Below are positions 45,744 to 53,844 of a stretch of 64,000 bases of DNA, in pieces. The stretch's first letter is position 1. Every line of letters starts with the position of its first letter. The notes below the pieces were generated by a model. It was not told the DNA's origin. It saw nothing but the letters and a program-made list of their open reading frames with translations, and did no database searches. Made by a program: the position numbers and the translations under genes. Origin of the DNA: Ostreococcus lucimarinus (taxonomy: Eukaryota); NCBI GenBank assembly GCA_000092065.1, contig CP000589.1. One strand, given 5' to 3'.

Positions 45744-45771
45744 GCGCCGCCGCGAGCCGCCACAGTTCACC

Positions 45772-46683
45772 ATGCGCGTCGGCCCCTCGTGCGCGCGCGC
45801 CGCGTCCAGCGCGAGCAGCGCGTCCAGCGCGTCGCGGTCGAGCGCAAGCAAGCAAGTGTTACGCCTGAAGCACCGCGGACGGGACGTGTTTTTGATCGGG
45901 ACGATGCACTACAACACGGCGAGCATCCGCCTGTGCGAGGAAACGGTGTCGACGCTCCGCCCGCGGCTCGGTGCCGTCGTCCTCGAGACGTGCCCGAAGC
46001 GGTGGGAGAAGACGCTGACGTATCAGCCCGCCGGGAGCGTCATGCGCTCGGTGTTGGATAACGAGTTTCAAAGCGCGGCTGAAGCCGCCGGGGACGACGC
46101 GGAGATCGTGCTCGGCGATCAAGAGATCGCGGCGCTCGGAGAAAACTTGGGACGGCTCGTCAAGGAGACCGCGTTTGATTTATTGTATCCGCCGCGCGCG
46201 TTTACGGGTGGGTGGAAGAGCTACGCGGACGACGTTCGCGAGGCGGTGGCGACGGAAATCGACGGCGGCGACGAGGGCGTCGACGCGATGGATCTGTTCG
46301 GCGACGGCAAGCTGTTGCTCAACGCCCCGGTGTCTTTGATAAGGTATCCCTTGGCGTGGCTTTTGAAGTCGCCCAAGTTGATTGTTCCGTTGGCGTCGTT
46401 TTGGTTGACAATCGCGGCTTTGCCCGGCGCGGTGGAGGCGCTACCGGAGGGCGCCGCGCAGTCGAGTGCCGAGACGCTCGTCACCGATTTGTTCTTGATG
46501 CTCGATTTCTTGCAGGTCACGCTGCTCTCGCGGTGCTTTTTGGTGGCGTTATTGCGCGATAGAAACGAGATATTGGCACGGAGCATCGCCGACGCGTGCG
46601 AGCGCGTTCCCGAGGGAAACGCCGTCGTCGCCGTGCTCGGCGCCGCACATCTCAACGGTGTGCGCCGTCGTCTCGTCGAGTAG
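45772..46683 (+). CDS. TraB/PrgY/GumN-family protein
   Basis: ATG checked at 45772. Motifs are DVFLIGTMHYNTASIRLCEETV, GAVVLETCPKRW, IVLGDQEI and AVLGAAHLNGV, with hydrophobic segments in the C-half. Confidence 0.7.
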   Translation: MRVGPSCARAASSASSASSASRSSASKQVLRLKHRGRDVFLIGTMHYNTASIRLCEETVSTLRPRLGAVVLETCPKRWEKTLTYQPAGSVMRSVLDNEFQSAAEAAGDDAEIVLGDQEIAALGENLGRLVKETAFDLLYPPRAFTGGWKSYADDVREAVATEIDGGDEGVDAMDLFGDGKLLLNAPVSLIRYPLAWLLKSPKLIVPLASFWLTIAALPGAVEALPEGAAQSSAETLVTDLFLMLDFLQVTLLSRCFLVALLRDRNEILARSIADACERVPEGNAVVAVLGAAHLNGVRRRLVE

Positions 46684-46782
46684 TGCCGTCCCCATTTCGC
46701 CCGCAGTCGAGGCGTACGCGCCGATTTGTAGTTTATTGAATTTTAGTCGAAAAGATGCCCGCGACGCCCCGACCCTCACGTC

Positions 46783-47640
46783 ATGACGACCCACGACGCC
46801 CTCGTCGGCACGCTCCCCGGCGTTCGCCTCGAAAATGACACCCACGTGTGTGAAATCACTCGCTTCGGCGCGCACGTCGCGTCGTGGCGCGTCAAACGCA
46901 CGAGCGATGAGCTTTTGTTTCGCTCAAAGTTGGCCAAGCTCGACGGAACGAAAGCCATTCGCGGCGGCGTGCCGGTGTGTTTCCCGCAATTCAGCGACAT
47001 GGGGCCGTGCGCGCAGTCGCACGGGTTCGCGCGAACGTCCGTGTGGGCCGTGGAGGCGCTGAGCGCGACGGAGGTGACGATGGTGCTGCGACGCGGTGAC
47101 GAGGCGGGCGACGGCGACGCGTTCGGCGGCGACTACGAGGCGCGGTTCACGGCGACGCTCGACGGTGACGCGTTGCGCACGGCGTTGCGCGTAACGAACG
47201 CTGGGAAGAGTTGTTTCGAGTTTACGTCGGCGTTGCACACGTACTTCAGGGTTTCAGATTGCGCGAAGACCAAGGTGCGCGGGTTGCGCGGGACGACGTA
47301 TTTAGACAATTTGCGCGCGAGAGCGAGCGCGAAGGACGACGAAGACGCGGTGGAGTTTTCTGGCGAGGTGGATAGGATCTATACCGACGCGCCGAGCGTG
47401 TTGACTATAGACGATGAGGCTCTCGGGCGGAGGTTTCGCGTTGCAAAGACGTCGACGTTTCCGGACGCCGTCGTGTGGAATCCGGCGTTGACGGACAAGA
47501 CGCGAGGCATGAGCGACTTTGGCGACGAGGAATACCGCGAGATGGTGTGCGTCGAAGTCGCCGGAGTGAAGGATAAGATCACCGTGGAGCCAGGAGAGAC
47601 GTGGGAGGCATCGCAGACGATTAGCTATAGCGCGATTTAA
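46783..47640 (+). CDS. Glucose-6-phosphate 1-epimerase (aldose 1-epimerase family, YeaD-like)
   Basis: ATG checked at 46783. Motifs are AIRGGVPVCFPQF, HGFARTSVW, ALHTYFRV, GEVDRIY and VVWNP...EYREMVCVE. Confidence 0.8.
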   Translation: MTTHDALVGTLPGVRLENDTHVCEITRFGAHVASWRVKRTSDELLFRSKLAKLDGTKAIRGGVPVCFPQFSDMGPCAQSHGFARTSVWAVEALSATEVTMVLRRGDEAGDGDAFGGDYEARFTATLDGDALRTALRVTNAGKSCFEFTSALHTYFRVSDCAKTKVRGLRGTTYLDNLRARASAKDDEDAVEFSGEVDRIYTDAPSVLTIDDEALGRRFRVAKTSTFPDAVVWNPALTDKTRGMSDFGDEEYREMVCVEVAGVKDKITVEPGETWEASQTISYSAI

Positions 47641-47666
47641 CTATAACAAACGCGCGGTTTCTACTT

Positions 47667-50600
47667 CTAGCTGAAAAAGTACACCGAGTCCTGAACGACG
47701 TCTAAATCCAAATCGCCAGGTGCGGGCGGCTGAGGGAACTCGTCCGCGACGTCTGGGTAATTCGCGCGGAACTCGTGATAAAGATTTTCGAGAAGAGGCT
47801 CTTTGTGAACCTCGATGAACTTTTCACGCAGGATGACATTCATGGTGTCCACGTCCGTCGCGTGCGTCCAAAAGGAATCGTGAACGCCGGCGAACGTCAA
47901 TCCGGCGTCCACGCACGCGATCGCCGTCCTCATCATATGAGAACTGTCGATACTGTGAATATAATTCGGCGGGAACGCGCTCCTTTGCTTCACTTTCATA
48001 ACCGGCTGTTGTTCGTCGTGAACTTTTAGCGAGAATGACTGCAAAATCGTCCGCACGCGCTTGGTTCGCTGACTGTGATACGGCTGCACGACGGGCAATC
48101 CCAGAGGCGTGGTCCAACGCACGGGCTCGCCCGCTGAGGTAGCGATCGTGGCGCAGGTCGTGAGCCATCCCATGACATCTCGGGCGTTTGAAAACATATT
48201 ATTCAACGCGTCGAGCGTCCTTTTCGCGGCGTAGTTGGACACACGATAGCGAAGAAGTTCGTTGTCCTCCATCGCCTCGCGCTCACGGAGACGGCTATAT
48301 ATTTGCGCTCGCGCCCCGATGAAAGTAACGCCGTACACGGACGTCATCACCGTCTGCTTCACAAGCTTACGGTCGATGTGCTGAGCGAGTGACATCGCGA
48401 GCTTGGCGTTGTTAACGTCTTCCTCGTCTTCGCTGTCGATGAGTTTAATATCCTCAGCAACGATGCGCTTCAACACATTCGCGATGCCGGTGTAGACGTC
48501 CGCACCTCTGTCTGCGGGGACCAAGTTCACGGCTTCACCACCGTGTAAGTCGCGACCGAGCGCGGCGTAGTGTTGCAACCCGTTGCACGACCCATCTTGA
48601 TGCACGGGTAAATTACTCATGAACTGCGTCGGGTCCGAGAGCTCGAGCGCTTTGTCGAGCTCGATGCACGTCGCCAAACACTGCCAGGGCTCTTCCGCTT
48701 CTTGCCACCACGCATCCTTCGCGAGCGGGTCTTGAGCCGACGCTCGCACGTCTTCTATGCGATCTTTGATGAACTGCACTCTCTCATCCATCGGAAGCTT
48801 GTCGGCGCCGTTACCAAACAGCGTCGCGCACTGGATGTGCATCCAACGCAGGCCGCGCTCGCCGAGCGGCTTCTTTTCGTTAAATCGAAGCAAACCGCGA
48901 CACAAATCACTTCCTATGTGATTCAAGTGCACGTGCATCGTGTACGCGCGCCCTCTAAAATCCAAATTGTGCGGGAAATAAATATTTGGTTCGTTTTTCA
49001 TCTCTCGCGCAACTTGCAATTTAATGAGAAAGTCGCAGCGCTGAGAGTGGAGCTCCATGTTTGACTTTTTCGTCTTTCGCACGCTTTGCAAAAAGTCGAT
49101 AACCTCACCTTTGCCCGGAAGTCCACTAGCGAGCAGCTGCAAACGCTTTTTGTCGCTGCGAAGCGCATATGACCCGCCGGGCCAGCGTGGGAGTTGCAAC
49201 TCAGCGCGAAGCGGAACCTCAGCCACGCCACCACCTCGAGCCCAGACTTCTTCCACGATCGGTAACACATCCGTATTGATTTGCCACGCGGTTTGCCCCA
49301 AAGCATTGAGAGCGTCTAACACGGGTTGGTATTGCACGGGCTCCCCCGATGCGTCCGCCTCGCGCGCTTTCTCCTCCAACGCCGCGATTTGCGCTCGACT
49401 CGGCCCTTCGTTCGAGTACTTCCCTCGCATGCATAGATTATCAGCGCGCAAGTATCCTCCCTTATTGTACCTCTCCCAATACCGCGGCGGGATAACCATG
49501 GGAAAGTGTCGCACCGGTACGAGCGCTGCGCGAGTCATCGTCTCCGTGTTGATGAATCTGTAAATGCTATCGTGCCAGTGCAGCATTCCGTACCCAGCCT
49601 CTTTGTAGTCGTGATAAAAGGCTGGAAGCGTCAATAATTCACCTTTTTCGTCCGGTACGCCAATCTTTGCCGTGTTCATGAGCGCGGTCAGCAGCACTGT
49701 TCCGATTTTAAGGCGAATCTCACGACCCCACTCCGCGTTCTCGAGCGCTTGCCGAGCGTGCTTGGACACCGACTTGATGGTGTTCATCTTTGACGTATCC
49801 AACGCCAAATTAATCCTATGCTCCGCCGCGTCGTCTATTTCCTTGACGTTGCCTTCGGTGTTCACTAGTCTAGATCGTCTAAATGCCTCCTTGGCCGCCT
49901 TTTCCGCCGACCGCATGCGCTCCAAGTTCACCTCAGCTTGCACCGCGCTTCCAACTTGGTCGGCGACGCTGATAAACTTCGCGCTCCCCGCCGCGGTCTG
50001 GTCGCCCCTTATGAACGACCACGCGCCATTATTCCTACCGTCACCCTTCATCAGCGTGCTGAGCGTCGCGTGAAGCGTCAACACCGCGAGTTTATCCGGT
50101 TCGAGCAAGCCCAAGTAGTGCCCGTACACGCGTCTGTCGACGCCCGGCACGTTGCCCCGTATCTTCTCTTGTTCTTCCGTCAGCGCCTCCACCAGAGGCA
50201 CGTAAAACGACGCCAGCAACTTTTGCACCACGGGTAACTGCGCCCCAATCCCCGCCGCGAACGTCTTCCTCGCCAACTCCTTGTACCGCATCACCTCTCT
50301 TTCCACCGCCAAATTTTCCGCCTCGCGCTGCTTCCGCGTTTGCGCCCGTCTCTCCCCCTCATCCGCGTCCTCCGCGCGCTCTCGCGCCTCGTGCCCCCCC
50401 GCGCGTCTGAGCTGTCGTCTTCGCGCGTGCAGCGACTGCAGCGCGAGCTTGATCTTCGCCCTCCGCTCGTCCGTAGTTTCAAAAATACGATCCTTCACGT
50501 CCCCGAACGCCGTCGCCGCCATGGACAACGGTCGAAGCTTCGGCCCCGGTCGCGGCGCGCGCTCGACCGCGTCCGCGGCGGCGGCGAGCAGCAAATCGAT

Positions 50601-50831
50601 CTCTTCGTCGTCCTCCATCAACTCCGCGGACCATCGCTCGATGGACACCGCGTCGCGCGGCGCGATCGACGACGTCGCGCTCGACGACGACGCGCTCGAC
50701 GCGCGCCTCGCGCGCGCGCGACGATCGACGGCGTCGACGCTCGACGCGCTCGACGCCGCCGAAGACGACGTCGCGCTCGCCGCGCGCGACGCGCGCGACG
50801 CCGCCGCGCGCGCGGCGCGCCGCGCCAACAT
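47667..50831 (-). CDS. Phage-type single-subunit DNA-directed RNA polymerase (organellar RpoT)
   Basis: ATG checked at 50829..50831. Motifs are FPHNLDFRGRAY, PVHQDGSCNGLQHYAALGRD, TSVYGVTFIGAR and HDSFWTHA, and the protein ends in FS. The N-terminus is an Arg/Ala/Ser presequence. Confidence 0.9.
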   Translation of the reverse strand: MLARRAARAAASRASRAASATSSSAASSASSVDAVDRRARARRASSASSSSATSSIAPRDAVSIERWSAELMEDDEEIDLLLAAAADAVERAPRPGPKLRPLSMAATAFGDVKDRIFETTDERRAKIKLALQSLHARRRQLRRAGGHEARERAEDADEGERRAQTRKQREAENLAVEREVMRYKELARKTFAAGIGAQLPVVQKLLASFYVPLVEALTEEQEKIRGNVPGVDRRVYGHYLGLLEPDKLAVLTLHATLSTLMKGDGRNNGAWSFIRGDQTAAGSAKFISVADQVGSAVQAEVNLERMRSAEKAAKEAFRRSRLVNTEGNVKEIDDAAEHRINLALDTSKMNTIKSVSKHARQALENAEWGREIRLKIGTVLLTALMNTAKIGVPDEKGELLTLPAFYHDYKEAGYGMLHWHDSIYRFINTETMTRAALVPVRHFPMVIPPRYWERYNKGGYLRADNLCMRGKYSNEGPSRAQIAALEEKAREADASGEPVQYQPVLDALNALGQTAWQINTDVLPIVEEVWARGGGVAEVPLRAELQLPRWPGGSYALRSDKKRLQLLASGLPGKGEVIDFLQSVRKTKKSNMELHSQRCDFLIKLQVAREMKNEPNIYFPHNLDFRGRAYTMHVHLNHIGSDLCRGLLRFNEKKPLGERGLRWMHIQCATLFGNGADKLPMDERVQFIKDRIEDVRASAQDPLAKDAWWQEAEEPWQCLATCIELDKALELSDPTQFMSNLPVHQDGSCNGLQHYAALGRDLHGGEAVNLVPADRGADVYTGIANVLKRIVAEDIKLIDSEDEEDVNNAKLAMSLAQHIDRKLVKQTVMTSVYGVTFIGARAQIYSRLREREAMEDNELLRYRVSNYAAKRTLDALNNMFSNARDVMGWLTTCATIATSAGEPVRWTTPLGLPVVQPYHSQRTKRVRTILQSFSLKVHDEQQPVMKVKQRSAFPPNYIHSIDSSHMMRTAIACVDAGLTFAGVHDSFWTHATDVDTMNVILREKFIEVHKEPLLENLYHEFRANYPDVADEFPQPPAPGDLDLDVVQDSVYFFS

Positions 50832-50892
50832 CCGCCCCGCACTGCCGCATCGCGTCCGCGTCGCCGATCGACGACGACCGATCGCGATGCGC

Positions 50893-50952
50893 GCGCGCGA
50901 ACCTCACGCCGTCGATCGCGTCGCGCGCGCGAACCTCGCGCCGTCGATCGCG
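50893..50952. repeat. Two 28-nt direct repeats (gcgcgcgaacctc[a/g]cgccgtcgatcgcg), period 32
   Basis: The copies are at 50893..50920 and 50925..50952, with one mismatch. Confidence 0.8.
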
Positions 50953-51048
50953 CGAGCGACGCGCGAGCGATCGCGAGACGGATCGCATCGATCACACACG
51001 GATCATCGCGTCGCGGCATCGCGTCGCGCCATCGCGCGTCGCGCGCGG

Positions 51049-51055
51049 TCTTTCT
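51049..51055 (+). promoter_or_regulatory. TCT/TOP-like polypyrimidine initiator candidate (TCTTTCT) for RPL6
   Basis: It lies 26..32 nt upstream of the RPL6 ATG and is the only pyrimidine run in a CG-rich context. Register was checked against ORF 50340..51365. Confidence 0.3.
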
Positions 51056-51080
51056 GCGACGCGTCGAGCGAGACGTGACC

Positions 51081-52045
51081 ATGGCGTACGTGGCGATGCG
51101 AAGCGCGCGATGCGACGCTCGATTCGCGCGCGACGGCGGGGCGATCGGGGCGCCGTGGACCGCGGCGCGCGCGCGACGGCGGGGCGGGGCGTCCGTCGGC
51201 GTGAAAGCCCTAGCGTTGGGACGAGCATCGCGTCGCGCTCGATCGAGCGCGCGCGGGGGGGCGGCGACGCGCGCGCGATCTCGCGGATTTGTCGTGCGAA
51301 ATCGTGCGCGCGATCTCGCGCGCGCGCGGCGCGCGGGCGGCGCGCGGCGGGCGAGGTCGGGATGAAGTCGCCGACGCGGAGGGTTTCGCGCGCGCGATCG
51401 GGATGCGCGCGCGACGACGGCGACGACGCTGGAACGGTGACCGCGAACGAGACGACTGACGAAAACGCACGTTTATTTCACGATGACAGTAAGACGAAGA
51501 AACAGGTGAAGAACGGGCAACCGAGCTTCTACCCCGCCGATGACATCAAAAAGCCGCTGAAGCGCACGATCGAGCACAAGCAGACCAAGCTTCGCGCATC
51601 CATCGCGCCCGGTCAAGTGCTGATCCTTCTCGCTGGACACTTGAAGGGTAAGCGCGTGGTGTTCTTGAAGCAGCTCGAGTCTGGGTTGTTGCTCGTCGCC
51701 GGTCCGTACGGTGTGAATGGCGTGCCGGCGAAGCGCGTGAACCAGCGCTACGTCATCGCGACGAGCGAAAAGGTTGACGTGAGCGGCGCCGCCGCCGCGG
51801 CGGCCAAGTTCACCGATGCCTCGTTCAAGAAGCCGGCGAAGGATCGCAGTAACAAGAAGAGTGAAGAAGAATTCTTCAAGGTTGACCTCGCGAAGAAGGA
51901 GCTTCCGGCTGATTACCTCGAGAACAACAAGGCTCTCGACAAGGCGCTCGGCGACGCCATCGCGAAGACGCCGTACCTCAAGGAATACATGTCCACGCTC
52001 TTCACTTTGAAGTCTGGCGACAAGCCGCATGAGATGAAGTTCTAA
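51081..52045 (+). CDS. RPL6: 60S ribosomal protein L6 (eL6); 2 exons: 51081..51085 (ATGGC) and 51490..52045
   Basis: Exon 2 carries KLRASIAPGQVLILLAGHLKGKRVVFLKQLESGLLLVAGPYGVNGVPAKRVNQRYVIATS...LKSGDKPHEMKF. There is no in-frame ATG just upstream. Splicing ATGGC|GTACGT...GACAG|T gives MAKTKKQVKNGQPSFYPADDIKKPL, for 186 aa in total. Confidence 0.9.
51086..51489 (+). other. Intron 1 of RPL6 (404 nt, GT-AG), starting 5 nt into the CDS
   Basis: The 5' end is GTACGT at 51086. ACTGAC is at 51455..51460. A T-rich stretch precedes the CAG that ends at 51489. Confidence 0.85.
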
Positions 52046-52139
52046 GCGGTGTGGCGTAAGTAAGGTTAGTGTTGGTGTCTTGGTGATGTGAATGGGGCGT
52101 TTAGAACGCCCCGAAACTTCGGAGACGGATTAGTGGTGA

Positions 52140-52144
52140 TGTAA
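52140..52144 (+). terminator. Candidate TGTAA polyadenylation signal after RPL6
   Basis: TGTAA lies about 95 nt after the RPL6 stop. Confidence 0.25.
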
Positions 52145-52179
52145 ACGAAAGAGCTCTCGAAGAAGAATCTAAAATCTTT

Positions 52180-52184
52180 TTACA
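52180..52184 (-). terminator. Candidate TGTAA polyadenylation signal after BUD13 (minus strand)
   Basis: The plus strand reads TTACA, giving taTGTAAaaag on the minus strand. It lies about 10 nt after the BUD13 stop. Confidence 0.3.
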
Positions 52185-52194
52185 TACCGCTCGC

Positions 52195-53057
52195 CTAAAA
52201 CCATTCGTTGTGCTCCTCTGCGTCCGCGTCTTCGAGCTGCGCGCGCTCTTTCAATTCGCTCTTCTTTCGGAACATTTTTGCCTCGAAGCCCGTGCCGCGG
52301 TCGACGCCGTCCCAGTGACGGCCCGGTTTGATGCCGTAGCGGTTGTGCGGCGCGACGACGCCGCGACGAAGCCAGCTGTGCGGTGGAACCTCTTGCGGGA
52401 TTCGGAAACCAGACTTTTTCAAATCATCCATCGACAACCCTAAGCCGTCGACGACGGATGGGAGATTGAGCGATTCAGCGTGACGCTTTTTGCGGCTCAA
52501 ATGCGCCATCGGGTCGCCGAAACGCATCGCACTTCGCTGTTTGTCTTCATAATCGGCATCGATGTCGGCGTGCGCGAACGGAGTGTCTTTTGCCTTGACT
52601 AAATCTACCTCGTACTGCTTCGCTTGTCTCGCCTGTTCCACACCCGTTGCCCAAACCGGTCGTTCGCGCTCCTTTGGTTTGACATTCTCCGAGCGACGCT
52701 TCATCTCCTCGCTATCCATGAGCTTCCCAGTCGCCTTGTCCCGGTAGTTCGTCGCCGCCCCGCGACCACTTTGCTCGTCCGTCATCTTAGCCACGCGCGC
52801 TTGCTCAGCTTTGCGCTTCAACTCAGCTTCCATGATGACTTGCGCCGCGCTCACGAGACCGGTGGACGTGCCATCCGTCATCTTGTGCTCCTTCGTCTTC
52901 TTTTCCTTCGACTTCTTTTTATTATCTTCCGCGGGCGCTTCCGGCAAGGGATCGGGCGGTAAGATCAAGTCACCGTCGCTATCGTACTGCAGCTCTTGCT
53001 GCCCGGAAGGCTCTTCAGGCAGGATAAAATCGCCATCGCTGTCGTATTGCGGCTCAC

Positions 53058-53088
<31 letters not shown>

Positions 53089-53634
53089 GGGCTCCTGAGG
53101 AATAATCAAGTCCCCATCGCTATCGTACTGCAGCCCATCGCCCGCGCTCGTCGTTGGCGCATCCTCGGGCGGTACCGAAGCATCACCGGCGTCGTCTTCG
53201 CTATCGCTATCGTGTCTCGCGCGGCGACTCGGCGCCGCCGCCGCCGCCGCCGTCGCCTCTTCCGAATCCGAATCGTGTCTTCGTCGTCTCCCCCCAGCCC
53301 CGCTCCCATCTTCCTCCACCGCCGTCCATCCACTACCATCGTCCCCGATCCCCATGTATCGCACCGCGCGCGCCTCGATCTCTTTCGTCGCCATCGCCGC
53401 CGCGTCCACCTCGCGTCCGCGCGCGTCCAAAACCACCGCGCGATCCTCATCCTCTCGACCCTTCTTCGTCCCCGTCGCGTCCGCGCTCGCGCCCGCGTCG
53501 CCGTCGATGATGCGAATCGCGTTCGAGTGCGTCTTCGGGCGCTTCTTTTTGCGCTTCTTCCCGTCGTCACCGCGCGGGTCGGCGCTCGACGGCGCGCTCA
53601 TGTACTTTTTGAGGTAGTCGAGTTTGGAGCTCAT
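52195..53634 (-). CDS. BUD13: BUD13/CWC26-like pre-mRNA splicing (RES complex) protein
   Basis: Starts at the internal ATG (residue 24) of ORF 52195..53703, giving MSSKLDYLKKYM. There is a Lys-rich tract. The conserved C-terminus is RFGDPMAHL...GFRIPQEVPPHSWLRRGVVAPHNRYGIKPGRHWDGVDRGTGFE. Confidence 0.75.
53058..53087. repeat. (CCG)10 trinucleotide run encoding Ala10 inside BUD13
   Basis: Read directly. It corresponds to AAAAAAAAAA in the protein. Confidence 0.85.
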
Positions 53635-53844
53635 GGCGGCGCGTTCGAGCGCGCGCGCGCGTTGGGGGCGTCGATCGTCGACGTCGACGTCGCGTCGCGT
53701 CACGTCGTCGCGCGCGCGCGGCGTCGATCGACGCGACGAGTCGAGGTGTGACGGTCTGGTCGCTCGCCGCGACGGTTTCGTTCGTTTCGCTCATCTAACG
53801 CGCTATGATTTCAGCTATAACTTGAGCTAATGCGGTCGTCGCGT

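Larger units (their letters stand above)
50832..51080. promoter_or_regulatory. Divergent promoter region between RpoT and RPL6
   Basis: 249 nt separate the divergent ATGs. It contains two 28-nt direct repeats and a TCTTTCT element. Confidence 0.5.

Noticed and set aside
44562-46683. The possibility that the methyltransferase and TraB ORFs are one gene joined by a tiny intron.
   Set aside because: The only GT...CAG pair spanning the stop (about 48 nt) lacks the ACTGAC box seen in every supported intron and would be far shorter than those introns. The two proteins belong to unrelated, individually complete families.
51086-51489. Search for an intron-hosted snoRNA in the long RPL6 intron. I also searched the PP2C intron at 12817..13082.
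   Set aside because: I found no TGATGA C box paired with a CTGA D box. I also found no clear H/ACA layout by eye. I cannot exclude either without a covariance-model scan.
6724-51489. Introner-like or transposon-derived intron families, and mobile elements in general.
   Set aside because: The four introns share only their splice and branch signals. I saw no terminal inverted repeats, no target-site duplications, no dispersed repeat copies and no transposase- or RT-like ORFs anywhere in the window.
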